From assembly GCA_022820625.1 (NCBI GenBank), contig JAJEFE010000111.1:2319-66318 (forward strand): a stretch of DNA of 64,000 nucleotides, read 5' to 3'. The notes beneath the pieces are model-generated. The model did no database searches. It was not told the DNA's origin and saw only the letters and a list, made by a program, of their open reading frames with translations. The position numbers and the translations under genes are program-made. Origin of the DNA: Gammaproteobacteria bacterium. GTDB taxonomy: Bacteria > Pseudomonadota > Gammaproteobacteria > Steroidobacterales > Rariloculaceae. Position 1 is the stretch's first letter. Each line of letters begins with the position of its first letter. Below are positions 55,493 through 63,575 of the stretch, in pieces.

Positions 55493-57058
55493 ATGAAGAC
55501 TGTCGCTTATTCGGTGTTTGGTCTGGTTGTGCTTTTCGGCACGGAATCGATTGCATGCGAATTGGCCGTTTTCGCACAGCCGGCTTACGACTCGCCCCAC
55601 GGCGTCACGCTTGCCGGCGCGGAACGGATCGACGACGGCGCCGGTTACTGCCAGGTGGAAGGCATGATCGCCAACTCCGTCGACCGGCAGAGCCGCATCC
55701 GGTTCCGGCTGCGCCTGCCGGATGAAGCCGACTGGAACGGCCGCTTCCTGGTGTTGGGCAACGGCGGTACGGCCGGTACCTTTCAGGGCGAAAATCGGGC
55801 ACAGGTCGCCCTGCAACTCGGTTACGCTACCGGACAGACCGATACGGGGCATACCCGGGACGGGCCCGAAGATTGGCTGATACGGGAATCGGAGGACGGT
55901 TCCGCGCTACCCAATACCGCCGCCATGGAAGATTTCGGGCATCGGTCCATCCACCTCACCTCCGTGGTCGGCAGGCAACTGGCGGACGCCTACTATGCCT
56001 CGGCGCCGGAGCATTCCTACTACTTCGGCTGCTCCACCGGCGGGCGCCAGGGGCTCAAGGCCATGCAGCGCTATCCCGGGGATTTCGACGGAATTGTTGC
56101 CGGTGCCCCGGTTTTTTCACTGACCCGCCTGAACATGTCACAGGTATGGATGGCGAAGGAGGCAGCGCGTCTGGCGTCCGAGGATCAGCCGTTGTCCGCA
56201 GCTCAACTGGAGCTCATCCATGATGGCGCACTTACGGCCTGCGATGCGAACGACGGGATCGCGGACCGCCTCATCGACGATCCTCGCCAGTGCGGATTCG
56301 ATCCCGGCGTGCTGCAATGCAGCGGATCGGAGACGCCGCCCATGTGCCTGACGGAGCGTCAGGTCGATTTCGTCCGCATGGTCTACGATGGGCCCGTCAC
56401 CGACGCGGGCGAACGGCTCTACCCGGGCCGCGTCGCGGGGGGCGAGGGCAACGGCAGGCAGGGCTGGCAAGCCTTTCTTGGGGCCGCCTGCCACAATGCC
56501 GAGGCGACGGGGCGCTGCGATCTGGTTGCCCGTGCCTGGTTTCAGGAGCCCGGCATGAACATGATGGCCGAGTTTGACATCAATGATCCGGCCGACGTCC
56601 TGGCGGCGGATACGTCCTTCTATTCGGCCGTCACCCGGGCGGACAATCCGGACGTGACGCCATTCGTGCAGCGAGGCGGCAAGGCGATTCTCTACCACGG
56701 CTGGAGCGACACCAACGTCACGCCCACTCCCACCGTGGAACTGTACGAGGCGATGCAGGACACCGTCTCCCGGAAACGCGGCGCCGATGACTTTCGCGAT
56801 CATGTGCGCTTGTTCATGGCGCCGGGGATGGCGCACTGTGGCGGGGGAGAAGGGCCCAACGACTATGTGGCTTCGGTCCTGGAGGCTATCGACGCCTGGG
56901 TGACCGAGGGTGACGCGCCGGATGCGATCGTGGCGACCCACGAGGAGCGGGGCATGTCCCGTCCCTGGTGTCCGTATCCCCACGTCGCTCGCCTGAGTGA
57001 TCCGAATCTGGACCCCAGCGAGGCCGACAGTTTCCAGTGCGTCGCGCCGCCCGAGTAG
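55493..57058 (+). CDS. Tannase/feruloyl-esterase-family hydrolase
   Basis: FGCSTGGRQGLKAMQRYPGDFDGIVAGAP (nucleophile elbow G-C-S-x-G-G). Conserved Cys pairs. Signal peptide. Confidence 0.8.
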   Translation: MKTVAYSVFGLVVLFGTESIACELAVFAQPAYDSPHGVTLAGAERIDDGAGYCQVEGMIANSVDRQSRIRFRLRLPDEADWNGRFLVLGNGGTAGTFQGENRAQVALQLGYATGQTDTGHTRDGPEDWLIRESEDGSALPNTAAMEDFGHRSIHLTSVVGRQLADAYYASAPEHSYYFGCSTGGRQGLKAMQRYPGDFDGIVAGAPVFSLTRLNMSQVWMAKEAARLASEDQPLSAAQLELIHDGALTACDANDGIADRLIDDPRQCGFDPGVLQCSGSETPPMCLTERQVDFVRMVYDGPVTDAGERLYPGRVAGGEGNGRQGWQAFLGAACHNAEATGRCDLVARAWFQEPGMNMMAEFDINDPADVLAADTSFYSAVTRADNPDVTPFVQRGGKAILYHGWSDTNVTPTPTVELYEAMQDTVSRKRGADDFRDHVRLFMAPGMAHCGGGEGPNDYVASVLEAIDAWVTEGDAPDAIVATHEERGMSRPWCPYPHVARLSDPNLDPSEADSFQCVAPPE

Positions 57059-57100
57059 CCGTCGGTGGATTTACGTTAGACAGGCCGATCGGGAGCACGG

Positions 57101-58648
57101 GTGAACGGCGTCAGAGCTAGGATCAAACACAAATCGGTACGCGATCGGGATGGCCCACGGTCAGGGCTGGCCGCTTTCGCGGCCTTTTTGCTATTGCAGA
57201 CATTCGCCGGTGGGGCAGGGGCGCAGGATTCGGCCCCTCAAGAATCCCCCAACGTACTGCTCATCATTGTCGATGACCTTCGCCCGCAACTGGGCGCCTA
57301 CGGTTTCGACGTCATGCGCACGCCGAACATCGATCGTCTCGCCGAGGAGGGATTGCTGTTCCGTCGAGCGTACGCCCAGTGGCCCGTATGTGGTCCGTCG
57401 CGGGCCAGCCTGCTGAGCGGACTGCGGCCCGACACTACCGGCATCTACAACAACGGTCGGCGGCTGGATTCTGCGGACACCGAGATCGTTTCCCTGCCGG
57501 CGCACTTCAGGCGCAACGGCTACCGGACGCTTTCCGTCGGAAAGGTCTACCACTCTCGGAACGACGATCTGGGCGCCTGGAGCGAACAACCCCTCAATAC
57601 CGCGCCGAACGACGACAATTGGCAAGGGTATGGCTCTCCCGAGACCCATGAGTTGAGGCTTCGCCTGTGGGAGGAAGCGCTGGCGGAGGATCCGAATGCG
57701 CTGTTCCACCAATTCAACGCAGGCGCCGTGGAAAGAGCGGACCTGCCCGACAGCGAGTATCGCGACGGCAAGATCGCCGACATGGCCGTGGAAGTGCTGC
57801 GCGAAAACGCAGGCCAACCGTTCTTCGCCGCAGTGGGATTCGTCAAGCCGCACTTGCCGTTCGCCGCGCCGAGCCGGTATTGGGATCTGTACGATCGCGC
57901 CGACCTGCAGCCGATGGCCGGTTCGACCCGGCCTGATGGCACGACGGAGATTCCCTACATCTACAGTGAACTGGAGTCCTATCGGGGCATTGGGTCGGAC
58001 GACGAACTGACCGGGGAGCAGGTGCTGGAGCTGATTCACGGATATTTCGCCGCGGTCAGCTTCGTCGACGCCCAGGTCGGCAAGCTGCTGGACGAACTGG
58101 ACCGTCTGGACATCAGGGACAACACCATCGTCGCCCTGGTGGGCGACCACGGATTCCATCTGGGCGAGCAGGGCATCTGGGCGAAGCACAGCCTGTTCGA
58201 ACTGTCGTCGCAGACGCCGCTGATTGTCAGCGCTCCCGGTCAGGCGACTGCCGGCGCCTCCACGAACGCGCTGGTGGAGCTGGTCGACATCTACCCCAGC
58301 CTGGTGGAACTGGCCGGGCTCGATCCGTCGCCTCGTTTCGACGGTGAGAGTTTCGTGCCGCTGATGGACGACCCGGACACGCCCTTCAAGGATGCGGCGC
58401 TGAGCCAGTATCGGCATTTCATGGAGCCGTATCGGGAAATCATGGGATACAGCATCCGGACGGATCGGTACCGGTTTTCGCTCTGGCGGGATAACGCGCG
58501 CCAGGGCGCAGCATTTGCAAGGGAGTTGTACGACCTGGGCGTCGATGGCAGCGAGTCGGTCAACCTTGCCCACGATCCGGCGTACGAGGTCACAGTACAG
58601 GACTTGACGAATCGAATCGACGCTTTACGCGGAGGCAACACGCCCTGA
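57101..58648 (+). CDS. Sulfatase (iduronate-2-sulfatase-like, canonical CGPSR)
   Basis: PNVLLIIVDDLRPQLGAYG, QWPVCGPSRASLLSGLRPDTTG, GKVYH, LVGDHGFHLGE. GTG start. Confidence 0.85.
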   Translation: MNGVRARIKHKSVRDRDGPRSGLAAFAAFLLLQTFAGGAGAQDSAPQESPNVLLIIVDDLRPQLGAYGFDVMRTPNIDRLAEEGLLFRRAYAQWPVCGPSRASLLSGLRPDTTGIYNNGRRLDSADTEIVSLPAHFRRNGYRTLSVGKVYHSRNDDLGAWSEQPLNTAPNDDNWQGYGSPETHELRLRLWEEALAEDPNALFHQFNAGAVERADLPDSEYRDGKIADMAVEVLRENAGQPFFAAVGFVKPHLPFAAPSRYWDLYDRADLQPMAGSTRPDGTTEIPYIYSELESYRGIGSDDELTGEQVLELIHGYFAAVSFVDAQVGKLLDELDRLDIRDNTIVALVGDHGFHLGEQGIWAKHSLFELSSQTPLIVSAPGQATAGASTNALVELVDIYPSLVELAGLDPSPRFDGESFVPLMDDPDTPFKDAALSQYRHFMEPYREIMGYSIRTDRYRFSLWRDNARQGAAFARELYDLGVDGSESVNLAHDPAYEVTVQDLTNRIDALRGGNTP

Positions 58649-58812
58649 CAGCGGCACGCTTGCCACAGACTGCCAGTGCTCTATCCAACCGATACGCCAC
58701 TATCAGTTGGACAGGGCACTTCATACTTGCGCGAACCACCGCTTGTAGTCAGGATACGCAGCACGCTCAAACGTTATTCTTCTTGATCAGACAACCAACC
58801 TTGGGAAAATCA

Positions 58813-59379
58813 ATGAAAAACTATCTATTCGGATTCCTGGCTTCCTCAGCCATTGCGCTACCCGCTTACGGGGCGCTCCAGGCCGGCGATGATGCGCCAT
58901 TGTTCGAGGCGACCGCTTCGCTGGCGGGCGAGGCGTTCGACTTTTCGCTTCGTGACGCGCTCGACGAAGGACCGGTCGTGGTCTATTTCTATCCGTCAGC
59001 TTATACGCGCGGCTGCAACATTCAGGCGCGTGAGTTTGCCGACAATATGGAAGCCTTCAACGCCGCAGGCGCCAGCGTGATCGGGGTCTCGCTCGACAGT
59101 GTCGAGCGGTTGAACGACTTCTCCGCGGATCCTGAGTATTGCGCAGGCAAGCTTGCGGTTGCGTCCGATGCGAGCGGCGAGATTGCAAGGTCCTACGACC
59201 TCAACATCCGCGAGGGCAATCCGGAAGCGACGGATACGCGCGGGATCGCGATCGGCCACGACTTTGTCGAGCGCACGACCTTTATCGTGACGTCCGACGG
59301 CAAGATCGCACAGACGATCAGCGATCTTGCTCCGGCCGACAACGTTCTGGAGGCGCTGGAAGCGGTTCAGGGCCAGTAG
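58813..59379 (+). CDS. Secreted peroxiredoxin (AhpC/TSA family, Bcp/PrxQ-like)
   Basis: Signal MKNYLFGFLASSAIALPAYG. VVVYFYPSAYTRGCNIQAREF peroxidatic-Cys motif. ORF-track residues 1-51 (58660..) are discarded. Confidence 0.8.
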   Translation: MKNYLFGFLASSAIALPAYGALQAGDDAPLFEATASLAGEAFDFSLRDALDEGPVVVYFYPSAYTRGCNIQAREFADNMEAFNAAGASVIGVSLDSVERLNDFSADPEYCAGKLAVASDASGEIARSYDLNIREGNPEATDTRGIAIGHDFVERTTFIVTSDGKIAQTISDLAPADNVLEALEAVQGQ

Positions 59380-59417
59380 CCGCCGCGGCCCCTCGCGGGG
59401 GCAGTGGCGCCGCGAGA

Positions 59418-59506
59418 GGCAATCCCGCGCGCGCGAGTGGCAAACGCCGTTCGCCGTGATCCGAGAGCGTCTCGCCGCGGCAATCCCGCGCGTGCGAGCG
59501 GCAGAC
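59418..59506. repeat. Two 28-nt direct repeats (59418..59445 and 59479..59506, 25/28 identical) in the convergent intergenic region
   Basis: ggcaatcccgcgcgCgcgagTggcaAac versus ggcaatcccgcgcgTgcgagCggcaGac. Both are preceded by cgccgcg. The period is 61 nt. Confidence 0.5.
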
Positions 59507-59525
59507 CGGGCGCTTCCGCGCGCCC

Positions 59526-60146
59526 TTACTCCAGTACCTGCACGGCGTAGTTGAGTACGCCTTCTCCGTCCACGCGGATTCGATACGACTCGACGAAGAT
59601 CTTGCCGACGATCTCCTGCTGGGGATTGAGCACGAATATCCCGGGGTGGGGGATGCCGTACGTCCGGTCACCGGGCTGGTGGTCTTCGTTCAGGATGCCG
59701 AGCGCCACCATGGTTGCGGTATCGATGTCGGAGATGAACGGGTAGGTGATCCCTTCGTCTTCAACGAACGCCTGTTGCAGTTCCGGGGCGTCGTAAGTAA
59801 TGACGACGATACCGATCCCGGCCTGTTCGAAAGCATCTACGTGCTGTTGCAGCTCCACGAGCTGGTTCTTGCAGAAGGGTCACCAGTCGGCCGAACGATT
59901 GGCGATGAAAATAGCGCCGTTTTCGCCCATAAATGCGTCGATCGAGGAGATTTCCTCTCCTTCGTAGAGCGCGCGTATTGGCGGAAACTGATCGCCGATG
60001 GCCAGACCCGGGTCGAACCCGTCGGTATCCTCGGCGATGAACATCTCGTCCAGGTTCGGTTGGGCCATGAGCTGCGTACTCCAGGCCTGGGCCAATGCCG
60101 CCAGCAGCGCCAAGCCCCCTGCCGGGGAGCGCCAGTTATTCTTCAT
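59526..60146 (-). CDS. Candidate selenoprotein: secreted AhpC/TSA-redoxin-family thiol oxidoreductase with a U-P-F-C redox motif (in-frame TGA at 59880..59882)
   Basis: ORFs 59880..60146 and 59526..59858 are in the same frame. Joined, they read ...AIFIANRSADW-[TGA]-PFCKNQLVELQQHVDAFEQAGIGIVVITYD...FISD..., one continuous thioredoxin-fold redoxin. The TGA falls where homologues carry the first Cys of WCP(F/Y)C. N-terminal signal peptide. A hairpin follows the TGA. Confidence 0.55.
59842..59873 (-). promoter_or_regulatory. SECIS-like mRNA hairpin downstream of the in-frame UGA
   Basis: mRNA reads UGA CCC UUC UGC AAG AAC CAGCUC GUG GAGCUG CAA CAG CA. There is a perfect 6-bp stem CAGCUC/GAGCUG (59850..59864) with apical loop GUG starting 22 nt 3' of the UGA. 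It can be extended by the pairs UGC/GCA and G-C (+7..+38). Confidence 0.4.
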
Positions 60147-60248
60147 GATTGTACCTCCGGCTCTTGAATTCGCCGCTGACTGCCGATTGTCTCCGGTCTC
60201 GACCCGAACTACAAGCGATCATCCGTCTACCAATTCGTCGCTAAATCG

Positions 60249-61355
60249 CTAGTGAGCCAACGCCTGTACCACTTGTTCGGCGATGGCCAGCGATGACGTG
60301 AGTCCCGGCGATTCGATGCCGTACAGGTTGACCAGCCCCGGTATCCCATGCGCGGCAGGCCCCTGGATCATGAAGTCGCCCGGCGGATCGCCGGGGCGGA
60401 TGAGCTTGGCGCGCACGCCGACGTATCCGGGCGCCAGCCGGTCGCGGTCCACCTTGGGCCACCAGGTCCGGATGGCGTCGTGGAATCGGTCCCGGCGCGA
60501 CTCGTCCACCGCGTAGTCGGGCGCGTCGATCCACTGGACGTCCGGACCGAATCGCGCCTGGCCATTGAGATCGAGGGTGACGTGCACGCCCAGTCCGCCG
60601 GGTTCCGGCACCGGGTACACCAGGTGGCGAAACGGGTGTTTGCCCCGGTAGACGAAGTAGTTGCCCTTGGCGAAACGTATGCGGGGGACAAGCCGCTGCG
60701 GCAGGCCGTCGATGCGCCGCGCAACGTGTTCCGCGGCCAGTCCGGCAGAGTTGATGACCGTCCTTGCCTTGACTTCGACCGGCTCGCCCGCCGATCGGAT
60801 GCGCAACCTGAAGCCTTCCCCGTCCACCTGCGCCCGCAAAAACTCGCATCGCAGGGCGAGGGTTCCTCCGGCTGCCTCCAGGTCGCCCTGAAACGACATC
60901 ATCAGCCCGTGGCTGTCGACAATTCCGGTGGAGGGTGAAATCAGGGCCGATGTACAAACGACCGCAGGCTCCAGTCTTGCCGCCCCCGCCTGGTCCATGA
61001 TCGTCAGATCGTCGACTCCGCTTGCCTGCCCCTGGGCCTGGATCGCCTCCAGTTCCGCGTGTTGGGTTTCGTTCGCCGCGACGATCAACTTGCCGCAGCG
61101 CCGATGGCGGATCGATCGATCCCGGCAGTAGCGGTACAGCAGTTCCTTGCCGCGAACGCACAGCTTCGCTTTCAGACTGTCGGGCGGGTAGTGAATGCCC
61201 GCGTGGATGACCTCGGAATTGCGCGACGAGGTTTCTTCGCCGATCCGCCGGTGCCGCTCGATCACGAGCACGTCGCGGCCGTCGATTGCCAGCGCCCGGG
61301 CAATGGCGAGACCCGCAACGCCCGCGCCGATGACTACCGCATCCTGCGACTCCAT
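60249..61355 (-). CDS. FAD-dependent oxidoreductase (DAO family, L-2-hydroxyglutarate oxidase-like)
   Basis: AVVIGAGVAGLAIARAL, ERHRRIGEETSSRNSEVIHAGIHYPP, VNLYGIESPGLTSSLAIA. Confidence 0.8.
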   Translation of the reverse strand: MESQDAVVIGAGVAGLAIARALAIDGRDVLVIERHRRIGEETSSRNSEVIHAGIHYPPDSLKAKLCVRGKELLYRYCRDRSIRHRRCGKLIVAANETQHAELEAIQAQGQASGVDDLTIMDQAGAARLEPAVVCTSALISPSTGIVDSHGLMMSFQGDLEAAGGTLALRCEFLRAQVDGEGFRLRIRSAGEPVEVKARTVINSAGLAAEHVARRIDGLPQRLVPRIRFAKGNYFVYRGKHPFRHLVYPVPEPGGLGVHVTLDLNGQARFGPDVQWIDAPDYAVDESRRDRFHDAIRTWWPKVDRDRLAPGYVGVRAKLIRPGDPPGDFMIQGPAAHGIPGLVNLYGIESPGLTSSLAIAEQVVQALAH

Positions 61356-61514
61356 GGGCGGATACTAGCGACCCGAGGGCTTATCCGCGAGTCGTCCGGG
61401 TTCTCTGACAACGATTCTGCAACTCGAGGGCGGACAACGGTCGAGGTCGTCGCGTTGGCCATTCGGTACTACGATTGGGGTATTCTGAGCGCACCAATCC
61501 AGGAGACGCTGCAA

Positions 61515-62345
61515 TTGAACAATCCCAGGTACTGGGCTTCCCAGTGGTATGCAACCAAATTTGCCGAAGCACCCTGGCCAGGGGGGTGGTACTGGCACGA
61601 TCAACAATACAACTGGCACGGTCCCTACGAAACCGAGCATGACGCCGCAGTTGCATTGAAGGACCACCAGGAGCAGGAGCGCGAAGCCAGCGACGCGCAT
61701 GAGCGAGCGCGGCCGCAATTCGAACTCTATTACCACCCGTTGTCGACGTATTCGCAGAAAGTCCTGATAGCCATTTACGAGAAGAACCTCGTGTTCAGGC
61801 CGCATATCGTTAACCTGATGGTGGAACGGGAACGGGAGCAGTACCGCAAGATTTACCCCCTCGGAAAGATCCCGTTGATCGTGCTCAATCACGGCCCGCT
61901 CATACCGGAGTCCAGCATCATCATCGAGTATGTCGACAGCCTGGGCGGTGCGCCACTGATCTCGACCAATCCCGACGTGGCGCGCAAGACGCGGTTCAAG
62001 GATCGGTTCATCGACTTCTACCTGACCGATTCAGTAGTTGCGTTGTTCAGCGAAAGCCGTAAGCCGAAGGGAGAGCGCGACAAACGGAAAATCGAAACGG
62101 CTCGTTACCGTTCCAAGGCGGTGTACGACTTTCTGGAATACGAATTGAGCGAAAGCGCATGGGCCAACGGGGACGAGTTTTCGCTGTCGGATTGCGCTGC
62201 GGGGGCCGCATTCTGCTACGCCGACAAGTTCATGCCCTATGACGAGTATCCTGTCGTTTCCGCGTACGCCGAGCGATTGGCGGAACGGCCTTCCATCAGG
62301 CGCGTTCGCGAAGAGGTGGAGTCACGCAGGACCGATCAAGTCTGA
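61515..62345 (+). CDS. Glutathione S-transferase-family protein with an aromatic-rich N-terminal extension; start uncertain
   Basis: GST fold from FELYYHPLSTYSQKV...GKIPLIV...ESSIIIEYV plus an alpha-helical C-domain. No ATG or GTG lies in frame between the end of the divergent gene (61355) and the fold. TTG at 61515 (AGGAG 9 nt upstream) or TTG at 61455 (GAGG 8 nt upstream) are the candidates. The ORF-track start at 61059 overlaps the opposite-strand gene. Confidence 0.65.
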   Translation: MNNPRYWASQWYATKFAEAPWPGGWYWHDQQYNWHGPYETEHDAAVALKDHQEQEREASDAHERARPQFELYYHPLSTYSQKVLIAIYEKNLVFRPHIVNLMVEREREQYRKIYPLGKIPLIVLNHGPLIPESSIIIEYVDSLGGAPLISTNPDVARKTRFKDRFIDFYLTDSVVALFSESRKPKGERDKRKIETARYRSKAVYDFLEYELSESAWANGDEFSLSDCAAGAAFCYADKFMPYDEYPVVSAYAERLAERPSIRRVREEVESRRTDQV

Positions 62346-62377
62346 GAGTCATACCCTGCGGGCGCCACCTACGGTCG

Positions 62378-63436
62378 CTATCGAGCTCCCGAGAGCGCAT
62401 TCGAGGCTCGGTACTTGTGATGCGGGCTCAGCGCGTAATGCTGCGACAGGAGATCCTGGCCAAAATCTCCGGTCAGATCTCGCCAGACCGAATGAATGTG
62501 ATTAGCGCCGTTCTGCCGGTTGTCGTACTCGATGAGGAACGTCGGACCCTGAACCCGATAGTAGTGGGGCTCGCCGAACTCATCGCCCCCGGCCCAGCCG
62601 AAGTGAATCTCTTCCACGCCTGCTCTGCGAATCTCCGCCAGTTCCGCGTCCGCCAGTTCGGGGCGGATTCTGTACGCATACTCCTCGACCAGTTGCATGA
62701 GGAGCTCGGCCTGTCCCTCGTCCATCTCGCGGACCGAAAGCCCCCGCGGCGGCCCGGGCTCGACTTGCACGATCTCGCGAGTCTCGATGTCTACGGGCGG
62801 CTCATCCGCGTAGACAACGATCTCCAGCTGTTCGTCGTCGAACAGGTGAAGGAGGCGTCTGGCCATTTCCTGCTCGTCTTTCAATACCTCCATCCCTGCC
62901 TGGGCCCCATTCCGTATCCGCGCCGGATTGGCGCCCATGAACATCGGCGAGGTGGAAATGACCTCACCGTCCTGAATGGTGACATTCAACGACAGGTGAT
63001 GCCCCTCCACGCGCCAGCCCCAGTTGCCCTCGGTCGAGGGATCACCAAAGATCGTGACATAGTAGAGTTCGGAATCGCGCCTTTCGTTTCGCTCGATCTC
63101 CCATAGAATCTGATCCAGGTACATCACGCCAAGCGCCTTGGACATGCCCTCATGGCTGAGCGCCGTGCTCATCAGACGATGACCGAGCTGACTTTGAGGG
63201 ACAGTCATGAACTTGTACGGCATCCCCTTTCGCTCGCCCATCCTGGGAATGTAGTGCCAGTCGTAGCGGTTCTCGTCGTCGAAAGCGAGGTTCGCCATTC
63301 TCCGGCTTTCCATATGGAGGGAGCGCAGGAAGTCTCGTGCGTTCTCTGCCATGACCGCGGCGATGTTTATGCCGTTCGACCAGCCGGCGGAAACGACGAG
63401 TAACAGAAAGGGTATCAGGGCAATCTTTGCTCGCAT
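62378..63436 (-). CDS. DUF3500-family secreted protein
   Basis: Signal MRAKIALIPFLLLVVSAGWS. WGWRVEGHHLSLN and GPTFLIEYDN.QNGANHIHSVWRD segments recalled as DUF3500 hallmarks (unverified). GAGGAG before the ATG at 63436. The upstream 49 codons of the ORF track run into the IS end and are discarded. Confidence 0.75.
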   Translation of the reverse strand: MRAKIALIPFLLLVVSAGWSNGINIAAVMAENARDFLRSLHMESRRMANLAFDDENRYDWHYIPRMGERKGMPYKFMTVPQSQLGHRLMSTALSHEGMSKALGVMYLDQILWEIERNERRDSELYYVTIFGDPSTEGNWGWRVEGHHLSLNVTIQDGEVISTSPMFMGANPARIRNGAQAGMEVLKDEQEMARRLLHLFDDEQLEIVVYADEPPVDIETREIVQVEPGPPRGLSVREMDEGQAELLMQLVEEYAYRIRPELADAELAEIRRAGVEEIHFGWAGGDEFGEPHYYRVQGPTFLIEYDNRQNGANHIHSVWRDLTGDFGQDLLSQHYALSPHHKYRASNALSGAR

Positions 63437-63575
63437 GGCGATCTCCTCACGGTGAGGGTTCCACCGGGGAGCGACATTTGGCGCCCAAACAGCCCCAAGT
63501 CTCCCCCTTGGTGGCTTTAGTCGGAACTTCACGCGCCGATTTGGCGGATAGTGTAATCGTATCAGTCGGTTAGCG

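Noticed and set aside
59858-59882. Reading 59880..60146 and 59526..59858 as two independent small genes, with the TGA as an ordinary stop and GTG 59858 as a restart.
   Set aside because: Neither half is a complete thioredoxin fold on its own. The break falls exactly inside the redox motif. There is no Shine-Dalgarno sequence before GTG 59858, and the frames are identical. Sec recoding, or alternatively a very recent nonsense mutation, explains it better. The pseudogene alternative is kept open in the finding.
61059-61454. The upstream third of ORF 61059..62345, as part of the GST gene.
   Set aside because: 61059..61355 overlaps the opposite-strand FAD oxidoreductase gene, which has strong motifs. 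The remainder up to the first plausible TTG has no start codon support.
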